Origin: an uncultured Alphaproteobacteria bacterium | GTDB lineage: Bacteria > Pseudomonadota > Alphaproteobacteria > HIMB59 > GCA-002718135 | Length of the DNA stretch: 64,000 nt | Reading direction: 5' to 3' | Assembly (NCBI GenBank): GCA_902597795.1 | Contig: CACJZA010000004.1 | Coordinates: forward strand, 26,409-90,408 | In this document: piece after piece, positions 44,922 through 55,612 of the stretch | Numbering within the stretch: position 1 is the stretch's first letter | Layout: every line of letters begins with the position of its first letter | Notes under the pieces: generated by a model | Database searches by the model: none | What the model was told of the DNA's origin: nothing | Seen by the model: only the letters and a program-made list of their open reading frames with translations | Translations under genes and position numbers: made by a program

Positions 44922-47465
44922 ATGTCAAACGAAGATGAAAATTTACTAGCTATACTTGGGCCTACTAATACTGGTAAAACTTATACAGCGTTTGAAAAAT
45001 TATTCTCTTATTCTTCTGGAATATTTGGCTTTCCATTGCGATTACTTGCAAGAGAGAATTACGATAAAGCAGTTAAAAAAATTGGACTTAGTAAGGTAGC
45101 TTTAATAACTGGTGAAGAAAAAATCTATCCGAAGGAAGCAAAATACTTTTTTTGTACTGTGGAATCAATGCCTACTAATTTATTAGTAGATTGTATAATC
45201 ATTGATGAAGTCCAATTGGCGTCTGACTATGAAAGAGGACATATCTTTACAGATAGAATTCTAAATTTAAAAGGTAATTATCAGACTATTTATTTAGGAT
45301 CATTAAATATAGAAAATATATTAAAAAAAATTTATCCAAAAATTATAGTTGAAAAAAAAAACAGATTTTCTCAACTTACGTTTCTTAGAAAGCAAAATTT
45401 TTCTAAACTTGAACCAAGATCTGCAATAATTGCATTTAATATAAATAAAGTCTATGAGATAGCAGAAAGTATAAGAACTCATAAGGGCGGCACTGCAGTA
45501 GTTTTAGGCTCTCTTAGTCCAAGAACCAGAAATGCCCAAGTTGAAGTGTATGAAAATAAAAATGTAGATTTCTTGGTAGCCACAGATGCTATTGGTATGG
45601 GCTTAAATCTCAATATTAATCACATAAATTTTTCATCTTTAGAAAAATTTGATGGAAGATATAATAGAAATCTAACACCAAATGAAATTGGTCAAATTGC
45701 AGGAAGAGCTGGTAGATATAAAAAAGATGGAACTTTTAGTTACACAAAGGAAGCTGGAAATTTAGATCCCCTTATAATAGAAAAAATAGAAAAACATAAC
45801 TTTGAAAGTATAAAAAAAATTTACTGGAGAAATAGCGATTTAGATTTTAATTCTATTGAATCATTATTAACCTCATTAAAAAAATATCCAATACATAATT
45901 TTTTTATACATAAAAAGAACGCTCTGGATGAGATAAATTTTCGTAATTTAATTCATGATAGTGAAATTAAACAATATATAACCTCTAAAAAAAATCTGAA
46001 GTTATTGTGGGATATCTGTCAAATACCAGACTTTGAAAAACTATTTAATGATAATTATTTACTTCTTTTGAAGAATATTTTTCTTACATTAATAAATAAT
46101 AATTATAGTATACCTGAAGAGTGGATAAATAAAAAAGTCAGCAGACTCGATAATTTTGGTGGTGGTATACCTGAGCTTTCAATCAAAATCTCACAAATAC
46201 GAACTTGGACATATATTACAAACAATCATAATTGGTGTATAAACTCATATTTTTGGAAAGAAAAAACACAACAAATAGAGAATGAATTATCAGATCAATT
46301 ACATAATAGTTTGACAAAAAAATTTATTGACTATTCATCTAAATATTTCATTAGAAAACCAAAATTTGATATAACTGAAGATATTTTTATAAAAAATAAT
46401 AATGAAATATTTCTTGAGAATACTAAATATGGGATTATAAATGGTTTTGATCTAATTGAGGGTAAAAAAATATATTCACAATCTCTTTTTTCAATTAGTA
46501 ATATAAAAAAATCAGTAAGAAAAATGATTGATGAAAAAGTAGAAAAATTTTTAAATGCACCATTAGACTCAATTTCTTTTGGTGATATTAATAAATTCAA
46601 AATAAAAGATGAGAGCTTTATTTATTGGGGAGATGAACCTGTCGGTAAGTTGAAAAAGGGTAAATCAATTTATAAACCTTCTGCAGATGCGCTAAATTCA
46701 GAATATTTGTCTTCAGAAAATAAGTTGTTAATATCTGCCAAATTGCAAAAGTGGTTGGAAATTGAAATCAACGAAACAATACATCCATTGAATAAAAATA
46801 TAGATGAAGAGTTAAATGCTGAAATTAGAGCAGTTGTTTTTAATTGTCTTGAAAATTTTGGAAATTATCCAATTGAAACATTTAAATCTTCTCTAAAGAC
46901 AATTTCACAGGAAAGTAAACTTCAACTTTCTAAACTTGGAATTAGGATTGGGGCTAAATATTTTTTTATTCCAAATTTATTAAAGAAAAAACCATTAGAG
47001 CTATGTGCAATTTTATGGAAAACATTTTATAATACTAAAATTGATGACTTTTTACCACTACCACAAAATGGAAGAGTATCTTTTACATCGCAAATTAAAA
47101 TGCCAGAAAGTTATTGGCAATCAATTGGGTATATAAATATTAATAATTTTGCATTTAGAATAGATGTATTTGAAAAAATCTTTTTTATAGCAAGGCAAAA
47201 AATTAAAAAAGGACCCTTCTTAGAAACTTCTGATTTAATGAATCCTATTGGTTGTAACAGCGATCAGTTGAAAGATATAATGATTTTTTGTGGTTATGAA
47301 TACATAAAAATATCTGATAATAAAAAATTATATTTTCTAAATAAAAATAAAAAACAAGTTAAAAAAAATATAAATAAAAATAAAAAATTAAATAAAAAAA
47401 CTGCTATTAATAAATTAAAAAGAGATCCTAATTCTCCCTTTGCAGTTTTGGAAAAACTTCTATAA
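44922..47465 (+). CDS. ATP-dependent helicase, Suv3/MgpS-like superfamily 2
   Basis: 847 aa. Walker A GPTNTGKTY, IIDEVQ (DExx-type motif II), helicase C-terminal motifs ATDAIGMGLNL and QIAGRAGR, and a long C-terminal extension. Confidence 0.8.
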   Translation: MSNEDENLLAILGPTNTGKTYTAFEKLFSYSSGIFGFPLRLLARENYDKAVKKIGLSKVALITGEEKIYPKEAKYFFCTVESMPTNLLVDCIIIDEVQLASDYERGHIFTDRILNLKGNYQTIYLGSLNIENILKKIYPKIIVEKKNRFSQLTFLRKQNFSKLEPRSAIIAFNINKVYEIAESIRTHKGGTAVVLGSLSPRTRNAQVEVYENKNVDFLVATDAIGMGLNLNINHINFSSLEKFDGRYNRNLTPNEIGQIAGRAGRYKKDGTFSYTKEAGNLDPLIIEKIEKHNFESIKKIYWRNSDLDFNSIESLLTSLKKYPIHNFFIHKKNALDEINFRNLIHDSEIKQYITSKKNLKLLWDICQIPDFEKLFNDNYLLLLKNIFLTLINNNYSIPEEWINKKVSRLDNFGGGIPELSIKISQIRTWTYITNNHNWCINSYFWKEKTQQIENELSDQLHNSLTKKFIDYSSKYFIRKPKFDITEDIFIKNNNEIFLENTKYGIINGFDLIEGKKIYSQSLFSISNIKKSVRKMIDEKVEKFLNAPLDSISFGDINKFKIKDESFIYWGDEPVGKLKKGKSIYKPSADALNSEYLSSENKLLISAKLQKWLEIEINETIHPLNKNIDEELNAEIRAVVFNCLENFGNYPIETFKSSLKTISQESKLQLSKLGIRIGAKYFFIPNLLKKKPLELCAILWKTFYNTKIDDFLPLPQNGRVSFTSQIKMPESYWQSIGYININNFAFRIDVFEKIFFIARQKIKKGPFLETSDLMNPIGCNSDQLKDIMIFCGYEYIKISDNKKLYFLNKNKKQVKKNINKNKKLNKKTAINKLKRDPNSPFAVLEKLL

Positions 47466-47485
47466 GATTAAATCTAGGAAAAAAA

Positions 47486-47929
47486 TTGATAAACTTATTA
47501 AAAAATATTTTAAATAATCAAAGTTCGATAGAAGAAAAAGAAAGCAATAAATCTCTTGAATTATTAACTGGATTGATGATTGAGGCAGCATATACTGACG
47601 GGCAAATTGACGAGACTGAATTAAATAAAATCAAATCAAGTTTAATTAATATATTTGATGAAGATCCAAGTGAAGTTGATTTAATTTTAGAAGGAGCAAT
47701 TAGGAATAAAAATAATTCAAAATCCCTGCATTATTATACATCTTTTATAAATAAAAATTTTACTGAAGAAAAAAAACTTTTACTTATTGAAATTTTATGG
47801 GGAATTGTATTATCTGACGGAGATATACATGATTTCGAATCAAATCTTATAAGAAGACTAGCAGGTTTACTCTATATTTCTGATGTAAATTCTGGAAATG
47901 CTAGAAAAAGAGCTTTAAATAAAATTTAA
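47486..47929 (+). CDS. TerB-like (tellurite-resistance TerB/DjlA N-domain fold) protein
   Basis: 147 aa with a TTG start. Two helical repeats each carry an acidic DG motif ([12 protein letters not shown] and [11 protein letters not shown]), as in the TerB family. Confidence 0.55.
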   Translation: MINLLKNILNNQSSIEEKESNKSLELLTGLMIEAAYTDGQIDETELNKIKSSLINIFDEDPSEVDLILEGAIRNKNNSKSLHYYTSFINKNFTEEKKLLLIEILWGIVLSDGDIHDFESNLIRRLAGLLYISDVNSGNARKRALNKI

Positions 47930-47936
47930 TAAAAAT

Positions 47937-48269
47937 ATGACATATGTAGTAAATGAAAAATGTATAAAATGTAAACATATGGATTGTGTAGATGTATGTC
48001 CTGTTGATTGTTTTTATGAAGGAGAAAATATGCTTGTTATACACCCAGATGAATGTATTGATTGTGGGGTTTGTGAGCCTGAATGCCCAGTTGAAGCAAT
48101 CTTATCAGATACAGAGGATGGAATAGAAAAATGGGCAGAAATTAATAGAAAATATTCAGAAATTTGGCCTAACATAAGTGAAAAAAAAACACCCCCTAGT
48201 GATGCAGAAAAATGGCAAAATGTTGAAAATAAATACAAAAAATATTTTAGTGAGAAACCAGGAAGCTAA
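47937..48269 (+). CDS. fdxA: ferredoxin, 7Fe type (3Fe-4S plus 4Fe-4S)
   Basis: 110 aa. [25 protein letters not shown] and [12 protein letters not shown] cysteine clusters. Confidence 0.9.
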   Translation: MTYVVNEKCIKCKHMDCVDVCPVDCFYEGENMLVIHPDECIDCGVCEPECPVEAILSDTEDGIEKWAEINRKYSEIWPNISEKKTPPSDAEKWQNVENKYKKYFSEKPGS

Positions 48270-48773
48270 ATGAATAAGAAGAAAAATTCAGAATTTAAAA
48301 TTGGAGAGATTGTAGTTTACCCAAAACATGGAGTAGGTGAAATTACCAAAATAGAAAATATGGAAATATCCAATATAAAGACAAGTTTTTACGTTGTAAA
48401 AATGGAACAATCAAAGTTAGTTATCAGAGTTCCACTTGACAAAAAAGACGAAGTTGGTTTAAGAAAAATTTCTTCCAAAAAAATTATTGATGAAGTTTAT
48501 TCTACACTAAAACTTAGACCAAAAATTAGGAGAATTATGTGGAGTAGAAGAGCGCAAGAATATGAGACAAAAATTTTTTCAGGCGATCCAGTTAAAATTG
48601 CTGAAGTCGTAAGGGATCTTTTTAGAAAGAGTAGTCAAGCTGAACAATCATATAGTGAAAGACAAATGTTTCAGGTAGCAATCGAACGTCTCGCAAGGGA
48701 AGTTGCAGCAGTTGAAAAAACTGATTATTTTCAATCAACAGAAAAAATAGAACAAATTTTAATTAAAAAATAA
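48270..48773 (+). CDS. carD: CarD-family transcriptional regulator
   Basis: 167 aa. FKIGEIVVYPKHGVGEI, the Tudor-like RNAP-interacting domain start, followed by a helical C-terminal domain. Confidence 0.9.
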   Translation: MNKKKNSEFKIGEIVVYPKHGVGEITKIENMEISNIKTSFYVVKMEQSKLVIRVPLDKKDEVGLRKISSKKIIDEVYSTLKLRPKIRRIMWSRRAQEYETKIFSGDPVKIAEVVRDLFRKSSQAEQSYSERQMFQVAIERLAREVAAVEKTDYFQSTEKIEQILIKK

Positions 48774-48777
48774 CACT

Positions 48778-49590
48778 TTGGAAGATACCAGCAATTTTAT
48801 AGAACTAAATAAATCTCAAAAGATTTGGGCAGTAGGTTCTATTCATTCAAACCTTGAGTCCTTTAAGTCTATAAAAAAATACATATCAGAAAATTTCGGT
48901 AAAGATGATAAATTAATTTTTCTTGGTAATATTATAGGATTAGGAGATAATTCAAAAGAAACTTTAAGCAGTGTTATTGATTTAAGATTTTCTCTCATGT
49001 CAAAATTCAAACTGAAACCTGAGTCAATTATATTTTTAAGAGGAGCGCAAGAAGAAATGTTTACTAAATTATTACAACTTCAACTTGCTCCCAATCCTGT
49101 AGAAATATTAGAATGGATGTTTGACCACGGAGTAAATGAAACAATAAAATCATATGGTTTTTCTGAAGATGAAATCAAAGACGTAAGCACATCAGGAACA
49201 ATCAAAATTTCAAAATGGACAACAAGATTAAATAAAGCTGTTCAAAGAAACCCTGGTCATACTCAATATTTTTTAAATCTTAAACATGCAGCATATTCTT
49301 ATACAAAGAAAATATTATTTGTTAATAGAGGTGTGGATATAACCAGGCCTCTTTCCGCACAAAACGATTGTTTTTGGTGGGGTTTCCAAAATTTTTCTAA
49401 AATTACAGAACCTTATAAAACTTTTATAAGGATAGTAAGAGGATATGAATCTAAGCATTTAAATAACTCTAAAATCTCAAAAAATAATGTTGTTTGCACA
49501 CTATTTAAACAACCTCTTTCAAATAAAAGTATATTGTGCGGAATTTTCAAGGAAAATGGTGAAATATTAGATTTATTTGAAAATAATTGA
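48778..49590 (+). CDS. calcineurin-like metallophosphoesterase homolog with degenerate active-site motifs
   Basis: 270 aa with a TTG start 5 nt after carD. The motif positions of PPP/ApaH-like phosphatases are recognisable but substituted: GSIHS for GDxHG, GNIIGLG for GDxxDRG, and RGAQE for GNHE. Confidence 0.45.
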   Translation: MEDTSNFIELNKSQKIWAVGSIHSNLESFKSIKKYISENFGKDDKLIFLGNIIGLGDNSKETLSSVIDLRFSLMSKFKLKPESIIFLRGAQEEMFTKLLQLQLAPNPVEILEWMFDHGVNETIKSYGFSEDEIKDVSTSGTIKISKWTTRLNKAVQRNPGHTQYFLNLKHAAYSYTKKILFVNRGVDITRPLSAQNDCFWWGFQNFSKITEPYKTFIRIVRGYESKHLNNSKISKNNVVCTLFKQPLSNKSILCGIFKENGEILDLFENN

Positions 49591-49621
49591 TCCAATTTAA
49601 TTTTTTTACGTATAATAATAT

Positions 49622-50488
49622 ATGGCAACAAAAAATATCTTTTTTTCGAACAACCTTATTGAACTCTCAAAAAAAGCTTCAATTCTTGAAAAAGATGAAG
49701 AATTTTATCTTATCAACGATTGGAGGGATAATAAAACCCCTAAATCACTTCAAAAAATACTTAATTCCTATCTTCGTCTAGCAGTATCTTATGCTAGGAA
49801 ATATTCAAGTTACGGTTTACCAATTGATGATTTAATTCATGAGGGTGTCCTTGGAATAATGCATGCTCTTGAAAAGTTTGATACTTCTAAAGATTTTAGA
49901 CTATCAACCTATGCTTCGTGGTGGATTAGAGCTTCAATACAAGATTATATCCTAAAAAATTGGTCAGTAGTTAGAACTGGTTCCACTGCATCACAAAAAG
50001 CTCTTTTTTTTAATCTTAAAAAAATTAAACAACAAATTAACGACGTCTCAAGAGAATTTATGGGTCAAAACGAGATTAATAAAGTATCAAACATGCTTAA
50101 TGTAAAGTCTATAGAAGTACAAAATATGGAGTCCAGACTTACAGGCGGAGATTTACACTTAAATCAAAGAGTCGACAATGATAACGAAAATGACCTCATG
50201 AGCTTATTAGCCGATGATCGTCAAAATCCTGAAGAATCCTTTGAAGATTTTAATGATAAAAATATAAAAAAAGATTTTATAAATAAGGCAATTGATACAT
50301 TAAACGATAGAGAGAAAACTATAATTCGCTTAAGAAAATTCAGGGAAAAAAGTATTACACTTGATGAGCTAGGTCAAAAATTAAAGATAAGTAAAGAGAG
50401 AGTTAGACAAATAGAAACCAAAGCATTAGAAAAACTAAAAAAAACGTTACTAGAAATTTCCCAACAAAATAAAGAATTTTTTATTTGA
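49622..50488 (+). CDS. rpoH: RNA polymerase sigma-32 (heat shock) factor
   Basis: 288 aa. It has a region 2 block (DLIHEGVLGIMHALEKFD ... STYASWWIRASIQDYI), an RpoH-box-like QKALFFNLKK, and a region 4.2 HTH (LGQKLKISKERVRQIE). Confidence 0.9.
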   Translation: MATKNIFFSNNLIELSKKASILEKDEEFYLINDWRDNKTPKSLQKILNSYLRLAVSYARKYSSYGLPIDDLIHEGVLGIMHALEKFDTSKDFRLSTYASWWIRASIQDYILKNWSVVRTGSTASQKALFFNLKKIKQQINDVSREFMGQNEINKVSNMLNVKSIEVQNMESRLTGGDLHLNQRVDNDNENDLMSLLADDRQNPEESFEDFNDKNIKKDFINKAIDTLNDREKTIIRLRKFREKSITLDELGQKLKISKERVRQIETKALEKLKKTLLEISQQNKEFFI

Positions 50489-50518
50489 AAGCTATTTAAA
50501 ACAATTATAAGATATTTT

Positions 50519-51049
50519 GTGTTCAGAATATTTATATTATTTTTATTAGTTTCATTTACAAATACAGCATTTACAAAAGGATTTAATGTTTTTGGGCTAG
50601 GAGTTTACGATTTAAAATTTGACGGTTCAGAAAAGAACCAAGCTACCGACTTTAGATATGAATATAGGAGTGATGAAACGTTATTTGATATCGGTCCAAA
50701 AGAAGATAATTTTTTCTTCTTGAAACCTTTTTTTGGATTTGAATATACAAATGACTCAGCATCATATATCTTAACTGGTATATACTTCGAAGATAATTTA
50801 GGTGAATTATTTGAGGGAAACAAAAGCAAACTTTTTTTCACACCAAGTTTTGGAGCAGGTATTTATAATGATGGTTCGGGAAAAAAATTAGGTAACGATC
50901 TACAATTTAGAACTTCATTTGAAATAAGCTATGAATTAAAAAATAAAAATAGAATTGGTCTTTCATTTAGTCATATTTCAAATGCTAATTTAGGCGATAA
51001 AAATCCAGGTGTTGAAATCTTAAGTTTTTCTTATCAAATACCTTTCTAG
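50519..51049 (+). CDS. acyloxyacyl hydrolase / lipid A deacylase (PagL-like) outer-membrane protein
   Basis: 176 aa with a GTG start and a signal peptide. FSHISNANLGDKNPGVE is the family catalytic His-x-Ser-Asn block, and the protein ends in an aromatic residue (beta-barrel-like). Confidence 0.6.
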   Translation: MFRIFILFLLVSFTNTAFTKGFNVFGLGVYDLKFDGSEKNQATDFRYEYRSDETLFDIGPKEDNFFFLKPFFGFEYTNDSASYILTGIYFEDNLGELFEGNKSKLFFTPSFGAGIYNDGSGKKLGNDLQFRTSFEISYELKNKNRIGLSFSHISNANLGDKNPGVEILSFSYQIPF

Positions 51050-51052
51050 AAA

Positions 51053-52027
51053 TTATCTAAGATTGCTCTCACTAACAAATTTTATCAATAAATCTTCAAT
51101 CAAATTAATTCTTTGATTTTTCATATATTCATTAATCTTTGACTTATAAATTTTACTATTAGGAACAGAAAAAAAGATATTAAGTAGAGGGCTTAATAAT
51201 CTAAAAATTGAATCAAAACCTAATTTTGGTTTTATATATTCAAAATAATTATAAATAATTGATTCATCAATTAATGTATTGTTTTCTTTAAAAATTTTTT
51301 TATCAACTTCTTTTAATATGAATGGGTTATTTTTAATTAGTCTACCAACCATGATGCCATCAAATTCTTTTAGTAGATTTTCTGCTTTATCAAGACTATT
51401 TATACCTCCGTTTAGAATAAATGATATACTTGGATATTTATTTTTGATTTCTTTTACAAAATTATAATTAAGTGGAGGTATTGTTCTATTTCCTTGTGGG
51501 CTAATACCGCTTAGAATCGCATTTCTTGCATGTACATAAATAAATTTAATTCCAGTTTTTGATATTTCATCAATAAACTTTTCAAAGAATTCATAATTTA
51601 ATTCTTTACCTAGTCCCAATCTACATTTTAATGTTGCTTCAATTTTATCATTTTGTAAAGCTTCTATACAATTTCTAACAAGAATTTTATCTTGCATAAG
51701 ACATGCACCAAAACTTCCTTTTTGTACCGCTTTACTTGGACAACCAACATTTAAATTAATCTCATCATAATTATGATCTATAGCTATTTTAGAAGCTTTT
51801 TTTAATTCATCGATTTCCGAACCACCTACCTGAAGAGCAACAGGGTTATTAAAGTCATTTTCAATAATATTATTTTTACTCTTTGAATAAATCAGTGATT
51901 TTGTTGCTATCATTTCACTAAATAAAAAACTATTTTTTGATAAAATTCTATAAAGTTTCCTTGCATATGGTGTAGTATACCCCATCATTGGAGCTACACA
52001 GAATTTTCTACTAATTCCCTTTTTCAT
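51053..52027 (-). CDS. dusA: tRNA-dihydrouridine synthase A
   Basis: 324 aa. FCVAPMMGYTT, INLNVGCPS and HARNA blocks typical of DusA. Confidence 0.85.
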   Translation of the reverse strand: MKKGISRKFCVAPMMGYTTPYARKLYRILSKNSFLFSEMIATKSLIYSKSKNNIIENDFNNPVALQVGGSEIDELKKASKIAIDHNYDEINLNVGCPSKAVQKGSFGACLMQDKILVRNCIEALQNDKIEATLKCRLGLGKELNYEFFEKFIDEISKTGIKFIYVHARNAILSGISPQGNRTIPPLNYNFVKEIKNKYPSISFILNGGINSLDKAENLLKEFDGIMVGRLIKNNPFILKEVDKKIFKENNTLIDESIIYNYFEYIKPKLGFDSIFRLLSPLLNIFFSVPNSKIYKSKINEYMKNQRINLIEDLLIKFVSESNLR

Positions 52028-52067
52028 TTAATTTTGTTATATAAATTATTGCTAAAAAAATAATATT

Positions 52068-52700
52068 ATGGAAATACCAAAATTTTTAACTGAAAGATAT
52101 AAATTCTGGAAAAAGAATACCTTTGATGATTATAAAGACATATATCTGCAAGCTTCTAAAACTCCACAAAAACCGATTGCTATGATTATTACTTGTTGTG
52201 ATTCTAGAATTCTTGAAAATACGATATTTGGTGGAAGTGTTGGAGATTATTTTATACATAGAAATATTGCTAATATAGTACCTTCCAAAAATGATAGGGA
52301 TCAAAATATACAAACATTATCTGCTGTAGAATACGCATTAAAAGTTCTAAAAATCCCAAACTTAATTATTTTAGGTCACTCAAATTGTGGTGGAGTTGCC
52401 TATGCTTACAAAACATTATTAGATAAAAAGAATATAAATGATTTTGAATACATAAATCAATGGGTAAGTTGTTTACAAAATTCTTACAACAATATCCCTG
52501 ATAATTATAAAGAAACTGAAAAAATAACTTTTTTTGAGCAGGAAAATATAAAACAATCAATTAAAAATTTACGTGAATATAATTTTATAGATCAATTAAT
52601 TAATGAAAATAAACTGAATGTAATTGGTTTGTGGTATCAAATAAATTCTGGTTTAATAAAGTTTTTAGATAATAATAATAGCTTTATAGATTTAGATTAA
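52068..52700 (+). CDS. beta-class carbonic anhydrase
   Basis: 210 aa. CCDSR and GHSNCGG zinc-ligand motifs. Confidence 0.85.
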   Translation: MEIPKFLTERYKFWKKNTFDDYKDIYLQASKTPQKPIAMIITCCDSRILENTIFGGSVGDYFIHRNIANIVPSKNDRDQNIQTLSAVEYALKVLKIPNLIILGHSNCGGVAYAYKTLLDKKNINDFEYINQWVSCLQNSYNNIPDNYKETEKITFFEQENIKQSIKNLREYNFIDQLINENKLNVIGLWYQINSGLIKFLDNNNSFIDLD

Positions 52701-53482
52701 TTGTAAGTAAATTTAGTACCAGGAAATTTTTTAAGCTTAACTTCTCGATTGTATTTCCTAACCACATTACTGGCGATTTTATTAAAATTAAAAAAATTTT
52801 TTACAAATTTCGGTTTTTTATCATTTGTACTTAGATTAATTAAATCATCAAATACTAAAACCTGACCATCACAATATATTGAAGCACCTATACCTATTGT
52901 GGGTATCGAAATATTTTCTGTAATTAGTTTAGCTGTATCGGCTGTTATACATTCTAACAATACAGCTTTAGCTCCAAGATTTTCTGATTCTTTGGCTAAT
53001 TTTAATAAATTTTGTTTTTCTTTATTAGTTTTCCCTAAAACTTTAATTTGATTAAAATTCTTATAACTTTGTGGTGTTACTCCTATATGAGAAATAACAT
53101 TTATTTTTTTATCTGCTAAGTGTTTTAAAATAACTAATTTTCTTTCACTAATTTCTATCTTTAATAAATCAGCCTTACAGTGATTTAAAAGTATTTTAGC
53201 GTTTTTATAGGCATCAATTTTATTATCATAGGTTTTATAAGGCATATCTAAAACTTTTAAACTTTTCTTAATTTCCTTATTCACAGCTGCTCCATGATTT
53301 TTCATCATTTCCATAGTTACTCCTTGAGTATTCTTCATGCCATAGAGTGTTGAACCTAGAGAATCTCCAACTAATATTAAATCAATTTTTCCATCTAAAA
53401 TATTAGCAATTGATGGAGAATATGTTGCTAAACAACTTATTGGTTTAGAAAATATTTTATGTAAAACTCTAATTTTCTTCAT
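52697..53482 (-). CDS. panB: 3-methyl-2-oxobutanoate hydroxymethyltransferase
   Basis: 261 aa. LILVGDSLG, the MPY block, HIGVTPQS and LLECI blocks. Confidence 0.85.
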   Translation of the reverse strand: MKKIRVLHKIFSKPISCLATYSPSIANILDGKIDLILVGDSLGSTLYGMKNTQGVTMEMMKNHGAAVNKEIKKSLKVLDMPYKTYDNKIDAYKNAKILLNHCKADLLKIEISERKLVILKHLADKKINVISHIGVTPQSYKNFNQIKVLGKTNKEKQNLLKLAKESENLGAKAVLLECITADTAKLITENISIPTIGIGASIYCDGQVLVFDDLINLSTNDKKPKFVKNFFNFNKIASNVVRKYNREVKLKKFPGTKFTYN

Positions 53483-53512
53483 TTGTTAACTTAAAATAAA
53501 ATTTATTAAGTG

Positions 53513-55429
53513 TTAAATTTTTAATTTAAAATTTTTAATATCAATAATTTTATTCTCGTAGAAATTATTTATTTCTCTTATTATTGATTTAGTATCCATG
53601 TTAATATCTTCATACTGTTGATCTGGAGTCATATGTTCCACAAATCTGTCTGGAAAGATTAAATTTTTTATTTGAGTATTATTTTTTTGTGATCTTATAT
53701 TATGAATATAATGTAATATATGTGAAGAAAATCCACCTATTGAACCTTCTTCAATTGTTAAAATATACTTATGATTATCTAGTAAATTATCAATTAATTG
53801 GGTATCTAGTGGTTTTGCAAATCTTGCATCAGCAATAGTAGGATATATATTATTTTGATTAAGAAATTTGCTAGCTTCAATGCATTTTTCTAACCTAGTA
53901 CCTAAATTTAAAATAGCAACATCGGCTCCTTGGATCAAAATATATCCTTTGCCTACATCAATATTAGTAGGTTGATTATTAAGTAATTCAGCAGATCCCG
54001 TTCCCCTTGGAAATCTAAAAGCGGAAGGCGTATCATTTATTTCACAAGATAGTTCTATCATAATAGATAACTCCCTTTGATTACTAGGCGCCATAATTAT
54101 AAAATTTGGTAAAGTAGCTAAATATGTAATATCGAATGATCCTGCGTGCGTTGGGCCATCTGATCCAACCAGACCAGCTCTATCAATTGCAAATCTAACT
54201 GGTAATTTTTGAATAGCAACATCATGTACTATTTGATCGTAAGCTCTTTGTAAAAAAGTTGAATAAATTGCAACAAAAGGTTTATAACCTTCAGTTGCCA
54301 ATCCGGCTGCCATCGTAACAGCATGTTGTTCTGCAATACCTACGTCAAAAAATCTTTTTTCAAAATTTTCTTGAAATAATTTTAATCCAGTTCCAGACAT
54401 CATAGCCGCAGTAATTGCAACAATTTTTTCATCATTTTTTGCAAGTTTTGTTAATGTTTCACCAAAAACATTTGAGTATGATTTCAAATTTGTTTTTTTA
54501 ACAGAGTTGCCGGTGTTAATATCAAATTTTTCAACACCGTGAAATTTATCTTCAGATTTCTCTGCTGGGCTATATCCTTTACCTTTTTTTGTTATACAAT
54601 GCAGAAATACGGGTTTATCAAATTTATTGTCCCTGATATTTTCTAAAACTGATACTATATTTTCAACATTATGACCATCTATTGGGCCAAGATAATAAAA
54701 ACCCAATTTCTCAAATAAAGTACCTCCGGAGATAAGTCCTTTAGAATACTCTTCAGTTTTATAAAGAGTCTTAGAAATATTTGATGGAAAGGTTTTAGAA
54801 ATTTTCTTAATTATTTTTCTTAAACTTGAATAAGATTTTGAAGATAGTAATCTAGTAAGATAAGTGCTCATAGCACCAACAGGTTTGTCTATTGACATTT
54901 TGTTATCGTTTAAAATAACAATTAAACCCTTTTTAAGTGCTCCGGCATTATTTAATCCTTCAAACGCTAAACCAGCACTTAAAGCTCCATCTCCAACAAC
55001 ACATATAACTTTTGATTTGTCTTTATTTATATCTTTTGCGGCCTTAATCCCTAACCCCGCTGATACTGCTGTAGAACTATGAGCTGTTCCAAAGGGATCA
55101 TATTCACTCTCTGATCTTCTTACAAAACCATACAAACCATCTTTTTTTCGAAGAGTTTCAATATCTTTTTTTCTACCTGTAATTATTTTATGAGGATAAG
55201 TTTGATGACCAACATCCCAAATCAATTTATCATGAGGAGTATTAAACACATAATGTATAGCCACAGTTAATTCAACAACACCTAATCCAGCACCTAGATG
55301 CCCACCAGTTTTTGAAACTGTCTCAATTGTTTTAGCCCTTAACTCTTCCGAAATTTGTTTAAGATCTCTCTTTTTAAATTCTCTCAGGTCAGATGGAAAA
55401 TTAATTTTATCTAAAAGCTCATAATCCAT
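53513..55429 (-). CDS. dxs: 1-deoxy-D-xylulose-5-phosphate synthase
   Basis: 638 aa. GGHLGAGLGVVELT, WDVGHQTYPHK, the GDGALSAG TPP motif and DRAGLVGSDGPTH. Confidence 0.95.
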   Translation of the reverse strand: MDYELLDKINFPSDLREFKKRDLKQISEELRAKTIETVSKTGGHLGAGLGVVELTVAIHYVFNTPHDKLIWDVGHQTYPHKIITGRKKDIETLRKKDGLYGFVRRSESEYDPFGTAHSSTAVSAGLGIKAAKDINKDKSKVICVVGDGALSAGLAFEGLNNAGALKKGLIVILNDNKMSIDKPVGAMSTYLTRLLSSKSYSSLRKIIKKISKTFPSNISKTLYKTEEYSKGLISGGTLFEKLGFYYLGPIDGHNVENIVSVLENIRDNKFDKPVFLHCITKKGKGYSPAEKSEDKFHGVEKFDINTGNSVKKTNLKSYSNVFGETLTKLAKNDEKIVAITAAMMSGTGLKLFQENFEKRFFDVGIAEQHAVTMAAGLATEGYKPFVAIYSTFLQRAYDQIVHDVAIQKLPVRFAIDRAGLVGSDGPTHAGSFDITYLATLPNFIIMAPSNQRELSIMIELSCEINDTPSAFRFPRGTGSAELLNNQPTNIDVGKGYILIQGADVAILNLGTRLEKCIEASKFLNQNNIYPTIADARFAKPLDTQLIDNLLDNHKYILTIEEGSIGGFSSHILHYIHNIRSQKNNTQIKNLIFPDRFVEHMTPDQQYEDINMDTKSIIREINNFYENKIIDIKNFKLKI

Positions 55430-55612
55430 AATTTAGTTTACTATTTTTGCCTAGATTTGATATTTTTATATCTGCAAAAAAACAAGAGTTTGTGGAAAGA
55501 TTTTATTAAAGAGTTTGAAATATTTAAGTTCTTATTTCTCAAATTATTAAAGACAAATTTTAAAGTTAAAATCTCTAGACTTTTTAGAATATAAAAACTA
55601 ATTATATTATTC

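Noticed and set aside
49413-49781. ORFs 49413-49631 (minus) and 49587-49781 (plus) around the rpoH start
   Set aside because: They overlap the end of the phosphoesterase-like gene and the conserved N-terminus of RpoH in other frames. There is no independent support for them.
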